Assembly (NCBI RefSeq): GCF_002803295.2
Contig: NZ_PGGB02000006.1
Coordinates: 196-32,195, forward strand
Source: Caedibacter taeniospiralis
Lineage (GTDB): Bacteria; Pseudomonadota; Gammaproteobacteria; Francisellales; Francisellaceae
Direction of reading: 5' to 3'
Length of the DNA stretch: 32,000 nucleotides
In this document: positions 20,560 through 30,331 of the stretch, in pieces
Position numbering within the stretch: position 1 is the first letter of the stretch
Layout of the letters: the number at the start of each line of letters is the position of its first letter
Made by a program: the position numbers and the translations under genes
Notes under the pieces: model-generated
What the model saw: the letters and a program-made list of their open reading frames with translations, nothing else
Databases searched by the model: none
Told to the model about the DNA's origin: nothing

Positions 20560-21678
20560 CTAGCTTAGGTTTTCTGCGATAGTATTTTTTATGATCATAA
20601 GCTGTTGCTGTTCAATCTTGTTTGCAATGGTTTTTTTATTACGAACATCATTAATCAACAAGGCATAGTCGTAGGTTATAAGCCTGTATTGAATGTTTTT
20701 AGCGCACTTAAGCGATGATAAAGATGCAGTATTTTCATGATAGATATATTGCAGGGCGGTAATAAATTGCTCAAACGCCCCATTGTCGCGTAGAGCATTG
20801 ATTGCTTTTAACGCACTTAGGGTGTCTTTTTCTGGTTGGGTCCTGATGCTAGCAAAGAAATGGCGGTAGCGATAAACATTTAAACATAGTGTTTGCATGG
20901 CGCGAGGAACCTTAAGTTCATCCAGGGTGTTTGATAGGGCTTGCTCTGTTAAAAGATGGTTAAGGATAAGTGCTGATAAAACATTAACGTCTTGACAGCC
21001 ACCCTGTTTTGCGTAGACAAGTGCCCGAAGATCGTCTTTATTGAGTGAGTTTAACGCTTTAAGGATATGTTGACAGGCATTAACTTGCTGCAAAGTGAAA
21101 ATAAAAACCTCAGGATTTGGTGTTGCCAGAGATTTAACAAGCTCTTGGAAAATGCGTTCACTTGAAAGGCTTTCAAGCTCTTTATTTTCAACGATTTTCT
21201 GCATGAGTTTCAAAGTCTCTGTGGCAATAGTAAACCCCAGGTAATGGTATTTAGCAGCAAAACGAGCCACCCTTAATACACGCAAGGGATCTTCAGAAAA
21301 AGCATCACTCACATGGCGAAGTTTTCTAGCAATGATGTCTTTTTGTCCGTTAAAAGGATCGTGGAGTATGCCATTTTCGTCTATTGCCATGGCATTAATC
21401 GTTAAATCACGGCGTTTTAAATCAGCGACAAGACTGACATCGTCAGTGTTGAATTGAAACCCTTTATATCCTTTATCAATTTTGTCTTCAGTTCTTGCAA
21501 GTGCGTACTCTTCATAGGTTTTAGGATGTAAGAATACGGGGAATTTTTTACCGACTTGAATAAAGCCCTTTTCAAGCATTTCCTGTTCACTGCCATTGAT
21601 CACAAGCCAGTCTTTATCCTCGATGTTTAAACCAAGCAGTTTGTCGCGTACAGCGCCGCCGACAAGATAGATTTCCAT
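20560..21678 (-). CDS. cca: CCA tRNA nucleotidyltransferase
   Basis: 'IYLVGGAVRDKLLGLNIEDKDWLVING', 'RRDLTINAMAID', 'DPFNGQKDIIARKLRHVSDAFSEDPLRVLRVARFAAKY'. Confidence 0.95.
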   Translation of the reverse strand: MEIYLVGGAVRDKLLGLNIEDKDWLVINGSEQEMLEKGFIQVGKKFPVFLHPKTYEEYALARTEDKIDKGYKGFQFNTDDVSLVADLKRRDLTINAMAIDENGILHDPFNGQKDIIARKLRHVSDAFSEDPLRVLRVARFAAKYHYLGFTIATETLKLMQKIVENKELESLSSERIFQELVKSLATPNPEVFIFTLQQVNACQHILKALNSLNKDDLRALVYAKQGGCQDVNVLSALILNHLLTEQALSNTLDELKVPRAMQTLCLNVYRYRHFFASIRTQPEKDTLSALKAINALRDNGAFEQFITALQYIYHENTASLSSLKCAKNIQYRLITYDYALLINDVRNKKTIANKIEQQQLMIIKNTIAENLS

Positions 21679-21769
21679 GTTTGTACCACGTTACCTGAGC
21701 TTATTCTTTATGTTACCAACAAATTTCGGTAAACTCTGTTTAATTTGTGATTTCCAAGATAAAAACAAC

Positions 21770-23530
21770 ATGCAAATTTCTGCTAATGCGCACAAGAAAA
21801 CCTATAGTTTGTACAAAAGACTGCTCTGGGAAGTGCGCGCGCTGTGGCCATTATTACTCATTTCGGTGATTGGCAGCATTATATATTCCGCTTGTGATGC
21901 CTATGCCATGTATTTGATTAAGCCCTTATTAAATAAAGGATTCACCCCGACAGGGGGGGAATTCTTAAAAGGCATTGCGTTATTGTTTCTTGTGCTTTTT
22001 ACCTTGCGTGGCGTGGGATCTTTTCTGTCATCATTTTTTATGGGGAAGCTCGGTGCGCAGGTGGTGTATCGCTTTCGTAAAAGAATGTTTGGCAAGTTTT
22101 TGGATCTTCCCGCACACTATTATGATAAAACGTCTTCGGGTAAGCTTTTGTCCAAGCTTTTGTACAACGTTGACCAGGTAACCAGTGCAACGGGTAACGC
22201 AATTATTACTGTGGTGCAAGATGGCACCTTTGTGATTGGTCTTATCATTGTGATGGTTGTAACCAGCTGGCAGTTATCGATTACCGTGATTGTGGTGGCG
22301 CCATTTTTAGCCATTTTTATTACATGGATCAGTAAGAAATTTCGCCACTACAGTCGCAACACCCAAGCTGCCATGGGCTCAGTGACGCACTTTGCCGAAG
22401 AAGCATTGATTAATTATAAGGAGATTCGCATTTTTGGTGGACAGAAATATCAACTACAGAAATTTGATCAAAACCTGACTTACACTTATCGCCAGCAAAT
22501 TAAGACTCTTATGCTTGATGGTTTATCATCACCGATCATCCAGTTTATTGGTGCAATTGTAATTGCAGTAATTTTATTTATCGTCGCAACCTATGGTTTA
22601 AAGGAAGGTGGATGGCTTGATGCTGGTGGCTTTGTGGCGTTTTTTGCGTCGATGATGGCGATTTTAAAGCCGATTAAAAATTTAACGAATGTGAACTCAA
22701 CCATCCAAAAGGCAATTGCGGCAACTGAAGATATTTTTGAAATTCTGGATGCACAATCCGAAGAGGATACTGGGATAAAAACACTGGAAAAAGTGAAGGG
22801 TCACGTTGAATTTAAAGGCGTTCATTTTCAGTACCCCGAAAGTAAACAGATGGTGCTAAAAGAGATTAATCTCACGGCTGAAGCTGGGCAAACCGTTGCG
22901 TTGGTTGGGCGCTCAGGAGGGGGTAAAACGACGATAGTGAATTTATTGGCACGTTTCTATCAACCAACCAGGGGGCGGATCCTGCTGGATGGCGAAAATA
23001 CGCAGTCATTAACTTTGGCAAACTTGCGTAGTCATATTTCGTTAGTATCGCAACATGTTAATTTATTTGATGATACGCTTTTTCATAATATTGCTTATGG
23101 TCGCGAGGGTGAGGTTTCCGAGGAGGAAGTCATTCAAGCAGCGAAAGCGGCAAATGCGTGGGAGTTTATCGAAAAGCTTCCAAAAGGCTTATATACCGAG
23201 GTCGGGCAAAACGGCTTAAGCCTTTCAGGTGGGCAGCGTCAGCGTGTTGCCATCGCCAGAGCACTGTTGAAAAATGCGCCTGTGTTAATTTTAGATGAAG
23301 CAACGAGTGCGCTTGATAATGAGTCAGAACGTATTGTGCAGCAAGCACTTGAGAGACTCATGAAAAACCGCACGACTTTTGTGGTAGCGCACAGATTATC
23401 AACAGTTGAACATGCGGATCAAATTGTGGTCATGGACGGTGGCGAAATTGTTGAGATCGGCAATCATCAATCGCTTTTAGAAAATGAAAACGGCTTGTAT
23501 TACCAGCTATATCATCAATCACTTCACTAG
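21770..23530 (+). CDS. msbA: Lipid A export ATP-binding/permease protein MsbA
   Basis: ABC exporter with TMD plus NBD: 'ALVGRSGGGKTTIVNLLARFYQPTRGRILLDG', 'LSLSGGQRQRVAIARALLKNAPVLILDEATSALD'; followed directly by lpxK. ATG 21770 is likelier than the upstream 21677. Confidence 0.93.
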   Translation: MQISANAHKKTYSLYKRLLWEVRALWPLLLISVIGSIIYSACDAYAMYLIKPLLNKGFTPTGGEFLKGIALLFLVLFTLRGVGSFLSSFFMGKLGAQVVYRFRKRMFGKFLDLPAHYYDKTSSGKLLSKLLYNVDQVTSATGNAIITVVQDGTFVIGLIIVMVVTSWQLSITVIVVAPFLAIFITWISKKFRHYSRNTQAAMGSVTHFAEEALINYKEIRIFGGQKYQLQKFDQNLTYTYRQQIKTLMLDGLSSPIIQFIGAIVIAVILFIVATYGLKEGGWLDAGGFVAFFASMMAILKPIKNLTNVNSTIQKAIAATEDIFEILDAQSEEDTGIKTLEKVKGHVEFKGVHFQYPESKQMVLKEINLTAEAGQTVALVGRSGGGKTTIVNLLARFYQPTRGRILLDGENTQSLTLANLRSHISLVSQHVNLFDDTLFHNIAYGREGEVSEEEVIQAAKAANAWEFIEKLPKGLYTEVGQNGLSLSGGQRQRVAIARALLKNAPVLILDEATSALDNESERIVQQALERLMKNRTTFVVAHRLSTVEHADQIVVMDGGEIVEIGNHQSLLENENGLYYQLYHQSLH

Positions 23531-23546
23531 AACTTAAGTCATTTCG

Positions 23547-24563
23547 ATGCAGAAAGATTGGTATCAAACACATAAAACCTGGCGTGCCATTTTGCTTATG
23601 CCATTGTCATGGGTGTTTTCGTTTAGCGCACACGAACGTAAACTTGTATTGCAACGGCACGCTTATAAAAGCATGCTTCCCATTATTGTGGTTGGTAACA
23701 TCGCTGTTGGCGGCACGGGCAAAACTCCTGTTGTACAGGTTCTGTGTCAGTATTTGCAAAAAAAAGGCTATTATCCTGCGATAATCACGCGAGGATTTGG
23801 TGGCAAGGCTAAGCATTACCCATTTGCCATTAATGAGCAGTGCTCTCCTAAAGAGTGTGGTGATGAGCCATATATGCTAAGCAAGTTACTTCAAGGCATT
23901 CCAATCGTTGTTTCACCAAAACGAGTTGATTCAGTTAAGTGGATCGAAAGTCGATTGCCAAAGGTTAATGTCATTATCAGTGATGATGGGTTACAGCATT
24001 ATGCTATGGCGCGTGATATTGAAATAGCCGTCGTTGACGGACAGCGTATGTTTGGTAATGGTTTGTGTTTGCCAGCAGGTCGCTTGCGTGAGCCTGTCAG
24101 ACGCTTGAAAAAAGTGGATTTTGTAATCATTAATGGTGGTGCTAATAAACGCGATTGCGAGGGAATCACTGCATTTGGGATGGAGTTAAAAGCAGATGCT
24201 TTGGTTAATATCGCCACTGGAGAACCACATTCAATTGCTGCTTTTATCATGAAATACGGCAAGGCTTGCTATGCGATTGCAGGCATTGGTAATCCCGATC
24301 GTTTTTTTGAAAGCTTACGCAGATTGGGTTTTAACGAATTAAAGGCACATCCATTTGCCGACCATTATGCGTATAATCACAAGGACTTTGACTTTGTTAC
24401 GCATGCAAATATGCCTGTAGTCATGACTCATAAGGATGCGGTTAAGTGTCAGTCGTTTGCAAAGGGTAACTGGTATTATCTGGCAGTTTTGCCAGCGATA
24501 GATAACGGTTTTTTTGAGGATGTTAGCGAAAGCCTGTCCTTGCTGGAAAAGGCAAAAAGGTGA
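23547..24563 (+). CDS. lpxK: Tetraacyldisaccharide 4'-kinase
   Basis: 'PIIVVGNIAVGGTGKTPVVQVLCQYLQKKGYYPAIITRGFGGK', 'DVIISDDGLQHYAMARDIEIAVVDGQRMFGNGLCLPAGRLREP'. Confidence 0.96.
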   Translation: MQKDWYQTHKTWRAILLMPLSWVFSFSAHERKLVLQRHAYKSMLPIIVVGNIAVGGTGKTPVVQVLCQYLQKKGYYPAIITRGFGGKAKHYPFAINEQCSPKECGDEPYMLSKLLQGIPIVVSPKRVDSVKWIESRLPKVNVIISDDGLQHYAMARDIEIAVVDGQRMFGNGLCLPAGRLREPVRRLKKVDFVIINGGANKRDCEGITAFGMELKADALVNIATGEPHSIAAFIMKYGKACYAIAGIGNPDRFFESLRRLGFNELKAHPFADHYAYNHKDFDFVTHANMPVVMTHKDAVKCQSFAKGNWYYLAVLPAIDNGFFEDVSESLSLLEKAKR

Positions 24564-24580
24564 CTTAACAGAGAGTTGGG

Positions 24581-25165
24581 TTAGGGGTGATGCGCCAATT
24601 CAATATAACTCACAGGATTATCAGGGCACTCGCTAAAACCGCATTCAGCAAAGGTTGAAATGATATTGGCAGCGATCATGATCACAAGGATCAGAAATAC
24701 CATGTGGCTAAACATGCGAATTTTCTCCGCTTTTGCCTCAGCAATTTCAGCTTTATTTTGTTGGGTTTCATACTGCTGGGTTATGCCAAGGACAAGTGCA
24801 ATGTAGATAATCGCGACAACACACAGTATGAATACCCAGGTGTACATGTGTAGTCCAAAAATAGCAGAGCCGTATCCAAGAGGATCATTGATGTGTAACG
24901 CCATTTGGCGCATGGCAACGAAAGACGTTAAAACAGCCGAAAGCAGTGATAAACTATAATGCGCAGGGCGCACATGATAACGGATGTTTAATAAGAAGCC
25001 AAAGGCGATCCCTAATAAGCCCAGGCGCTGTAGCAAACACAGAGGGCAAGGGAGCTCATCCAATATAAATTGAAATAAAAATGCCATCAAAATAACGAGT
25101 GTGATGGCGAGGATTTCAATCGCATTAAATCATTTGACCAGGTTGTTGATTTGTGAAGCTTGCAT
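24581..25165 (-). pseudogene. Disulfide bond formation protein B family gene interrupted by an in-frame TGA
   Basis: Downstream part (track ORF 24581-25090) has 'ELPCPLCLLQRLG' and the second Cys pair 'ECGFSEC'. Extending upstream in the same frame gives ATG 25165 (with 'aaggag' SD upstream): MQASQINNLVK*FNAIEILAITLVILMAFLFQFILDELPCPLC, with TGA at 25130-25132. Confidence 0.65.
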
Positions 25166-25177
25166 GCTCAATTCTCC

Positions 25178-25336
25178 TTAGAAGTGTAAACCAAGGTGAT
25201 CAGTAGCGTGATGTAAAAACACCAACCCCATCACAATTAAAAACAGGAAAAAAAGGGTAATTCCCGCCTTGCGATTAAACCAGGCCGTTAGTACGCTGAT
25301 TAAGAGCAGCAAAAAGGTGAATAAGATTCCAGGCAT
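25178..25336 (-). CDS. DUF5993-type small membrane protein (52 aa), not in the ORF track
   Basis: MPGILFTFLLLLISVLTAWFNRKAGITLFFLFLIVMGLVFLHHATDHLGLHF; 'AWF.R', 'FLHHATD.L' pattern and adjacency to dsbB; 'ggag' SD upstream of the ATG. Confidence 0.8.
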   Translation of the reverse strand: MPGILFTFLLLLISVLTAWFNRKAGITLFFLFLIVMGLVFLHHATDHLGLHF

Positions 25337-25561
25337 ATTGGTTACTCCATTAATTAAAAATAAACACCTTGCGAGTATAGCTTAAGTTTTGCTTGTAGTG
25401 TTCAGTTTGCATGAACGAAACAATGCCAGGTTTCTTTGTCATCATAGCAATTTAAGATAATATTACTCAAAGACCAATATCAAGAGCGAAGACATTAATT
25501 TGAGTGTTCAAAGTGGAAGAGCTTCCCAAAATTCCTATGGGGAGAGAGAACAGGAGATTGA

Positions 25562-26422
25562 CTATAATTTTAACCTTTTAACCAAAACATCCTGTTTTGC
25601 GTGATGTAATACTGCGTTTGCGGTGGATCCCAGGAAAAATCGACCAAAGGCACCACGCTGGTGGCTTCCCATGATGATTAAGCCATAGCCATGAGAGTTT
25701 GCAGTTTCAGTAATTTCATCCGCGGCACTGCCAGATTGCAGATAACGCTGCCCCTTGAATTGATGTTTATTAGACCAGGTTTCAAGCGTTTGTTGCATAT
25801 CTTCAGTCAGCTGTGTTTGCACCTCAGGGACAATCCCGTAGATTCCAGTCACGACGGTGGGGTCACCCTCAACGCAAATCGTAGAGACAGAAGCTGAGAA
25901 AGCATGTGCAACTTCCTGCGCTAACTGGGCAACTTCTGCACTATCATCTTCCAGATCAGTAGCAAGGAGAATCTTATTGTAGTGGGTGACCTGGTTAGGG
26001 ACATTTCCACGGATACGAACCGTTAAAACATCACATTTAGACTTATGTAATACGCTGTTAGCCGTCGATCCTAGCAAAAGGTTTAACCCATGGCGTGCAT
26101 GAGAGCCAATGATAATTAAGTCGCAGTCATGTTCTTCTGCATAGTGAGTGATTTCATAATTTGGATTGCCTTGGGCAATGTGAAATTCAGTACTGATGCC
26201 ATCAAATTTCGGCTTTATTTCTCGCAGCTTTTGTCTGGCGTTTTCCTGCAAACTTTTTTGAAAATCCATTGCCGCGGGGACAAACTCCGCCGCATTATCA
26301 ATAACCGTGATCACATCAAGTTTTAACTTTAATTTCTGAGCAACTGCCACTGCAGAGGCAATTACATGCTCAGTGTTCTCGTAAATATTGATGGCAACCA
26401 GTGCTTTTTTGTATGTCATCAT
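25562..26422 (-). CDS. Universal stress protein with tandem Usp domains (UspE-like)
   Basis: 'KALVAINIYENTEHVIASAVAVAQ...' and 'DLIIIGSHARHGLNLLLGSTANSVLHKSKCDVLTVR', repeated as 'GLIIMGSHQRGAFGRFFLGSTANAVLHHAKQDVLVKRLK'. Confidence 0.92.
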   Translation of the reverse strand: MMTYKKALVAINIYENTEHVIASAVAVAQKLKLKLDVITVIDNAAEFVPAAMDFQKSLQENARQKLREIKPKFDGISTEFHIAQGNPNYEITHYAEEHDCDLIIIGSHARHGLNLLLGSTANSVLHKSKCDVLTVRIRGNVPNQVTHYNKILLATDLEDDSAEVAQLAQEVAHAFSASVSTICVEGDPTVVTGIYGIVPEVQTQLTEDMQQTLETWSNKHQFKGQRYLQSGSAADEITETANSHGYGLIIMGSHQRGAFGRFFLGSTANAVLHHAKQDVLVKRLKL

Positions 26423-26610
26423 TAAACTCCCTATTGTGTTTAGCCATGAGTGAAAATTCCACGAACCCAGTGTAACAATAGTTTCTGCGAACTGCTAGGG
26501 CGCATTTCAAATTTGTGGGCGCGGAATGACGATTAAGCGCCTAAAGTCACAAACGGTTTTAGACCATCATTTGGTGAGTTCTTAATGTTACATCCATCGG
26601 GCATAAACAT

Positions 26611-27639
26611 TCACCTTTGCGCCGCTTCGATTAGTTGTAACGTATCTATTAATTTCTTAAATGAAAACATCAGCAAACTGGCGTGTCTAAGATCACTTTG
26701 AATATTCATCGATTGACTAAATTCTTTCAAAAAGTCATTTAACTGACCATAATCCGTGACGTATTCAGCATGGTCAAAGGTCTGACTTTTCAGGTTTAAG
26801 CTTAGTTTCATGGAAACTTCATTGATTTTATTGTACATCGAAACAAACGCAGGGTTTTCCGCGAATTTTTGCCGTTTTTGCGGATAAGCTTCGACATAAT
26901 CATAAATCACACAGGTATAGCGATAAAATTGACGCAAATGGCGCGTGGTAGCTTTAAGCGCATCGATATCAATGTGCGTACTCTCGTGCATGATTTCTTT
27001 GTGCAGCACGATTTGTCTTGAGAAATGACCAAAGATTTCGACTAATATATCGCCGTAATCCCCACCTGCAAATAACCTCTGATTAAGTTTATGGATACAA
27101 TTTATCGTATCAGCAAAGGATTGATAAATGCGCTTGTGCGCGTGAATAGGAAAGAAGTAGCGATTGACAATAATCGCTATGATTATTCCAACTAAAACTT
27201 CCAATGTACGATAACATGCGGTTTCAAGGCTCACATTGCTGCTAAATAAAATAATCGCCACGGTCACAGCGCCTAAAACCCCCGCATACGTATATTTGTT
27301 TGAGCTTGTTGCTGTAAAGACAGCCACGGCAATCAGACAAAATCCCAAAACAAGTTGCATCACCCAAAGTGTTGGGAAAATTAAGATAACAATAATTGAA
27401 GACCCTGCCCCTAGTAAAGTCCCTAAAAAACGCATCTTGGCTTTCTCAAGCGTACCCCCTAGATTGGGTTGGCTTGACATCACGACCAAAACAGTAATGA
27501 CAATCCAATCATACATCTGCTCAATATCCAACCATTTGCCAAGAAGATGTCCAACGGCATAGGCAATCGCACTTGCCAAGACTGCTTTTAGCGCGTTGAT
27601 TAGCGAATATCTTTTACTGTAAAGCATACTGGTGATCAC
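26611..27639 (-). CDS. FUSC-family inner membrane protein (aromatic acid exporter-like)
   Basis: N-terminal cluster of TM segments with 'DWIVITVLVVMSSQPNLGGTLEKAKMRFLGTLLGAGSSIIVI', followed by a helical soluble domain. Confidence 0.85.
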   Translation of the reverse strand: MITSMLYSKRYSLINALKAVLASAIAYAVGHLLGKWLDIEQMYDWIVITVLVVMSSQPNLGGTLEKAKMRFLGTLLGAGSSIIVILIFPTLWVMQLVLGFCLIAVAVFTATSSNKYTYAGVLGAVTVAIILFSSNVSLETACYRTLEVLVGIIIAIIVNRYFFPIHAHKRIYQSFADTINCIHKLNQRLFAGGDYGDILVEIFGHFSRQIVLHKEIMHESTHIDIDALKATTRHLRQFYRYTCVIYDYVEAYPQKRQKFAENPAFVSMYNKINEVSMKLSLNLKSQTFDHAEYVTDYGQLNDFLKEFSQSMNIQSDLRHASLLMFSFKKLIDTLQLIEAAQR

Positions 27640-27750
27640 GATAAATCTCCTGTCATTTCTACCAGCGTCAGTATAGCGCCAAATAGTGCACGGTTTTAGA
27701 TGACAAGCAAAATGGTGTTGCTATTATAAGCCTGTTTTTTTAGCTTTTTA

Positions 27751-29106
27751 GTGACAGGAATTTATATGAAACCGATTTCTACCGTGCGCTTAGCTTTCTA
27801 TTCGCTGATCATCGTTGCCGCAAGCATCGGCGCTTTTGTTTACTGGCAAATCAGCAGTTACCCAAAAGAGTTTAACAATATCGTTTTTGTATTTGCCTAC
27901 GCACTTATGCTTATATTTGTCAGTATGCCACTTTTCCTTTCAGAGACCATCTCAGGGTTCTTAAGCAAAAAAACACTTACAGGCAGCTTACACTATGTTT
28001 CACGCTCTCGGCGTTTGCGCTTTATTGGTCTGTTATCGCTGACACTGGCTGCTTTACTGCTTATCCTTGTGAGTACACGAATGTCAACAATAAGCACAAG
28101 CCTTGTCTATACAAGTCTCTGGTACATAAGCCAATCTCCTGAAGAAACCCTTTTCCTTATTGATCATTTCACCCTTGTCATTAGCCTAATCTTAAGCTCG
28201 CTGATCGTTTTGGTCATTTGGCTTGCCCAAACCCGTCAGCGTTTTCTGAACTTGGCTTGTGCTTTTTCCACTTTGGGGCTTGCCTCTTTGGTTGGGCTGT
28301 TTATTGTGAATACCCTTAACATAGGGAGTGCAACCAGTCATTTTTTTACGCCAAATTTCCATTTACTCTCATTGATAGATGTCTGGGGAAGCGCCCTAAG
28401 TTTAGCCCTTTTCTCAGGTTTAATTGGGCTTGGAATTAACTCCGTTTTAGGGACGCATTTAAATGCTCAATGCCCGATTCGCCGCTTTAGCTCGATGTTT
28501 GCGATTGGCAGCATTCTTGCCGTGATCGTTATTATGCTTGTGCAAAGCTTGTATGTTAGCGGTGGTGGATCTACTTCAGAAGCCTTAGGTTTTCAGTATG
28601 CTTACACATTAAATCTATTGTCTTTTGGCGTGTTTTTCTTCTGTTTATTGACGGCAGCCATATTATTGTGCCAAACGTTCAAAGGCTTGGGCGCTTCAGC
28701 ATCTACGCATAAATGGTATGTTTATCTGCCACTTTTTATTCTTCTTTTGGCAGCAGTAATACTATATCAACATGTTTTGGCAAAGACCGCACAGCAAATC
28801 ATCCAAAGCGAACTCATTTTCAATTTAATTTTCGTGATTGCCTACATTGAGATACTTGCATTTGGCTGGATCTGTGATGCACAAAAATTAAGCTACCAGT
28901 TTCATAAAGCCACAAACATAAAACTTTCTGCCATTTACAACTTAAGCTTGCGCTTAATTGCTCCTGGCGCCATTTTAACTGCATTTATCCAAAAAATATT
29001 AAGCATTTGGTTAGGCGTTCATTGGATAACGATGGCTGGCATATTTCTGGTGTCACTTATTTTCACTGTGATACTTGGGAGTTTTTTACATCGTAGATTC
29101 CAGTAA
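27751..29106 (+). CDS. Polytopic membrane protein, divergent sodium:neurotransmitter symporter (SNF/NSS)-like
   Basis: About 12 hydrophobic segments in 451 aa. 'VSMPLFLSETISG' resembles SNF 'IPLLLLEFALG', and 'IAYIEILAFGWICDAQKLSYQFHKATNIKL' resembles the SNF C-terminal 'IEC...GWI.GAEKL...'. The canonical N-terminal 'GNIWRFPY' is not recognisable. Confidence 0.5.
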   Translation: MTGIYMKPISTVRLAFYSLIIVAASIGAFVYWQISSYPKEFNNIVFVFAYALMLIFVSMPLFLSETISGFLSKKTLTGSLHYVSRSRRLRFIGLLSLTLAALLLILVSTRMSTISTSLVYTSLWYISQSPEETLFLIDHFTLVISLILSSLIVLVIWLAQTRQRFLNLACAFSTLGLASLVGLFIVNTLNIGSATSHFFTPNFHLLSLIDVWGSALSLALFSGLIGLGINSVLGTHLNAQCPIRRFSSMFAIGSILAVIVIMLVQSLYVSGGGSTSEALGFQYAYTLNLLSFGVFFFCLLTAAILLCQTFKGLGASASTHKWYVYLPLFILLLAAVILYQHVLAKTAQQIIQSELIFNLIFVIAYIEILAFGWICDAQKLSYQFHKATNIKLSAIYNLSLRLIAPGAILTAFIQKILSIWLGVHWITMAGIFLVSLIFTVILGSFLHRRFQ

Positions 29107-29156
29107 TGTCCTTGACGTGAAGCTATGCTCAGATTATTCTCAACCCTTCATGTAAG

Positions 29157-30143
29157 TTGTACACAAAAATAATGCTAAGCCTTAAACAAATCCAGCAATT
29201 ATTAAATCATGACATTGAGCAGAATCATCAGGTCATCATTAACCAATTAAGCTCTGATGTCGTACTGATTAACCAGATTAGCCACTATATTATTCATAGT
29301 GGTGGCAAACGCCTGCGCCCACTTTTGTTAATGCTGGTTGCGCGTGCTTTGGCTTATAAAGGGCAAGCGCACACTAAAGCTGCGGCTATTATTGAGTTTA
29401 TTCACACGGCAACACTTTTGCATGATGATGTTGTGGATGAATCAGCATTACGCCGCGGCAAAGACACAGCCAATAATGTCTTTGGTAATGCCGCCTCTGT
29501 ATTAACGGGTGATTTTCTTTATTCACGTGCGTTTCAAATGATGGTCGAGCTTGATCAAATGAAAATCATGCAGATCCTGGCAAATGCCACGAATAAAATT
29601 GCTGAGGGTGAAGTTTTGCAGTTACTTAATTGTAATAACCCCGACATCACCGAAACGCAATATATGGAGGTTATCTATTGCAAAACCGCCAAACTATTCG
29701 AGGCAGCATGTGATGTTGCAAGCATCATTGCTGATGCGCCAACTTCAACTCAACATGCTTTACGGCAATATGGCATTCACCTTGGCAATGCCTTTCAGAT
29801 TGCTGATGATGTGCTGGATTATACCGCGGATAGCAACACTCTAGGTAAAAACATCGGGGATGACTTGGCTGAGGGTAAGGTTACACTACCAGTCATCTAT
29901 GCTTTACAAGGTTCACTTGACAAAGAGAAAGCGCTAATCCGTGAGGCAATAGAACAGGGACATCACCCTGAAATGGATAAAATCATTCAAATTATCAACC
30001 AAAGTGGTGCGATTGAATATGCCACCCAAAAAGCACAGCAATCCGCGAAACTTGCCATTGAGGCACTCATTGTTTTATCCGATTCAGTATATAAGGATGC
30101 CCTGATTTCACTTGCACATATCGCTGTTGAGAGAACGCATTAG
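29157..30143 (+). CDS. ispB: Octaprenyl/polyprenyl diphosphate synthase
   Basis: 'GGKRLRPLLLMLVARAL', first Asp motif 'LLHDDVVDES', second Asp motif 'QIADDVLDYTAD', 'GKNIGDDLAEGKVTLPVIYAL'. The likely start is MLSLKQIQQ (29172). Confidence 0.92.
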   Translation: MYTKIMLSLKQIQQLLNHDIEQNHQVIINQLSSDVVLINQISHYIIHSGGKRLRPLLLMLVARALAYKGQAHTKAAAIIEFIHTATLLHDDVVDESALRRGKDTANNVFGNAASVLTGDFLYSRAFQMMVELDQMKIMQILANATNKIAEGEVLQLLNCNNPDITETQYMEVIYCKTAKLFEAACDVASIIADAPTSTQHALRQYGIHLGNAFQIADDVLDYTADSNTLGKNIGDDLAEGKVTLPVIYALQGSLDKEKALIREAIEQGHHPEMDKIIQIINQSGAIEYATQKAQQSAKLAIEALIVLSDSVYKDALISLAHIAVERTH

Positions 30144-30148
30144 CCATT

Positions 30149-30238
30149 ATGTCTAAACTTTTACGTGAAAATTTCTGGCAAGCATTACCACTTAAAGCAC
30201 TAAATGACGCTGAGTGGGAGGCGTTATGTCAGCGATGA
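30149..30238 (+). pseudogene. Truncated N-terminus of a YcgN/YkgJ-family (CxxCxxCC) protein
   Basis: MSKLLRENFWQALPLKALNDAEWEALCQR* resembles the conserved YcgN start '..FWK.KSLDEMSDAEWESLCDGCG.CC..' and stops exactly where the Cys cluster should begin. Confidence 0.45.
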
Positions 30239-30331
30239 AAGAGTCTCAAGTGGAAAATATTTACACTCGACTTTTTCGGTCGATGTTTTATTATATGCCT
30301 TGACCCCATTTAACACGCTCATCTAAAGTCC

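Noticed and set aside
25130-25132. TGA in the dsbB frame as a selenocysteine or recoded codon
   Set aside because: No SECIS-like hairpin was apparent directly downstream and the position is not a catalytic Cys; a nonsense mutation or sequencing error is simpler. Codon reassignment is not supported because other full-length genes here show no in-frame TGA.
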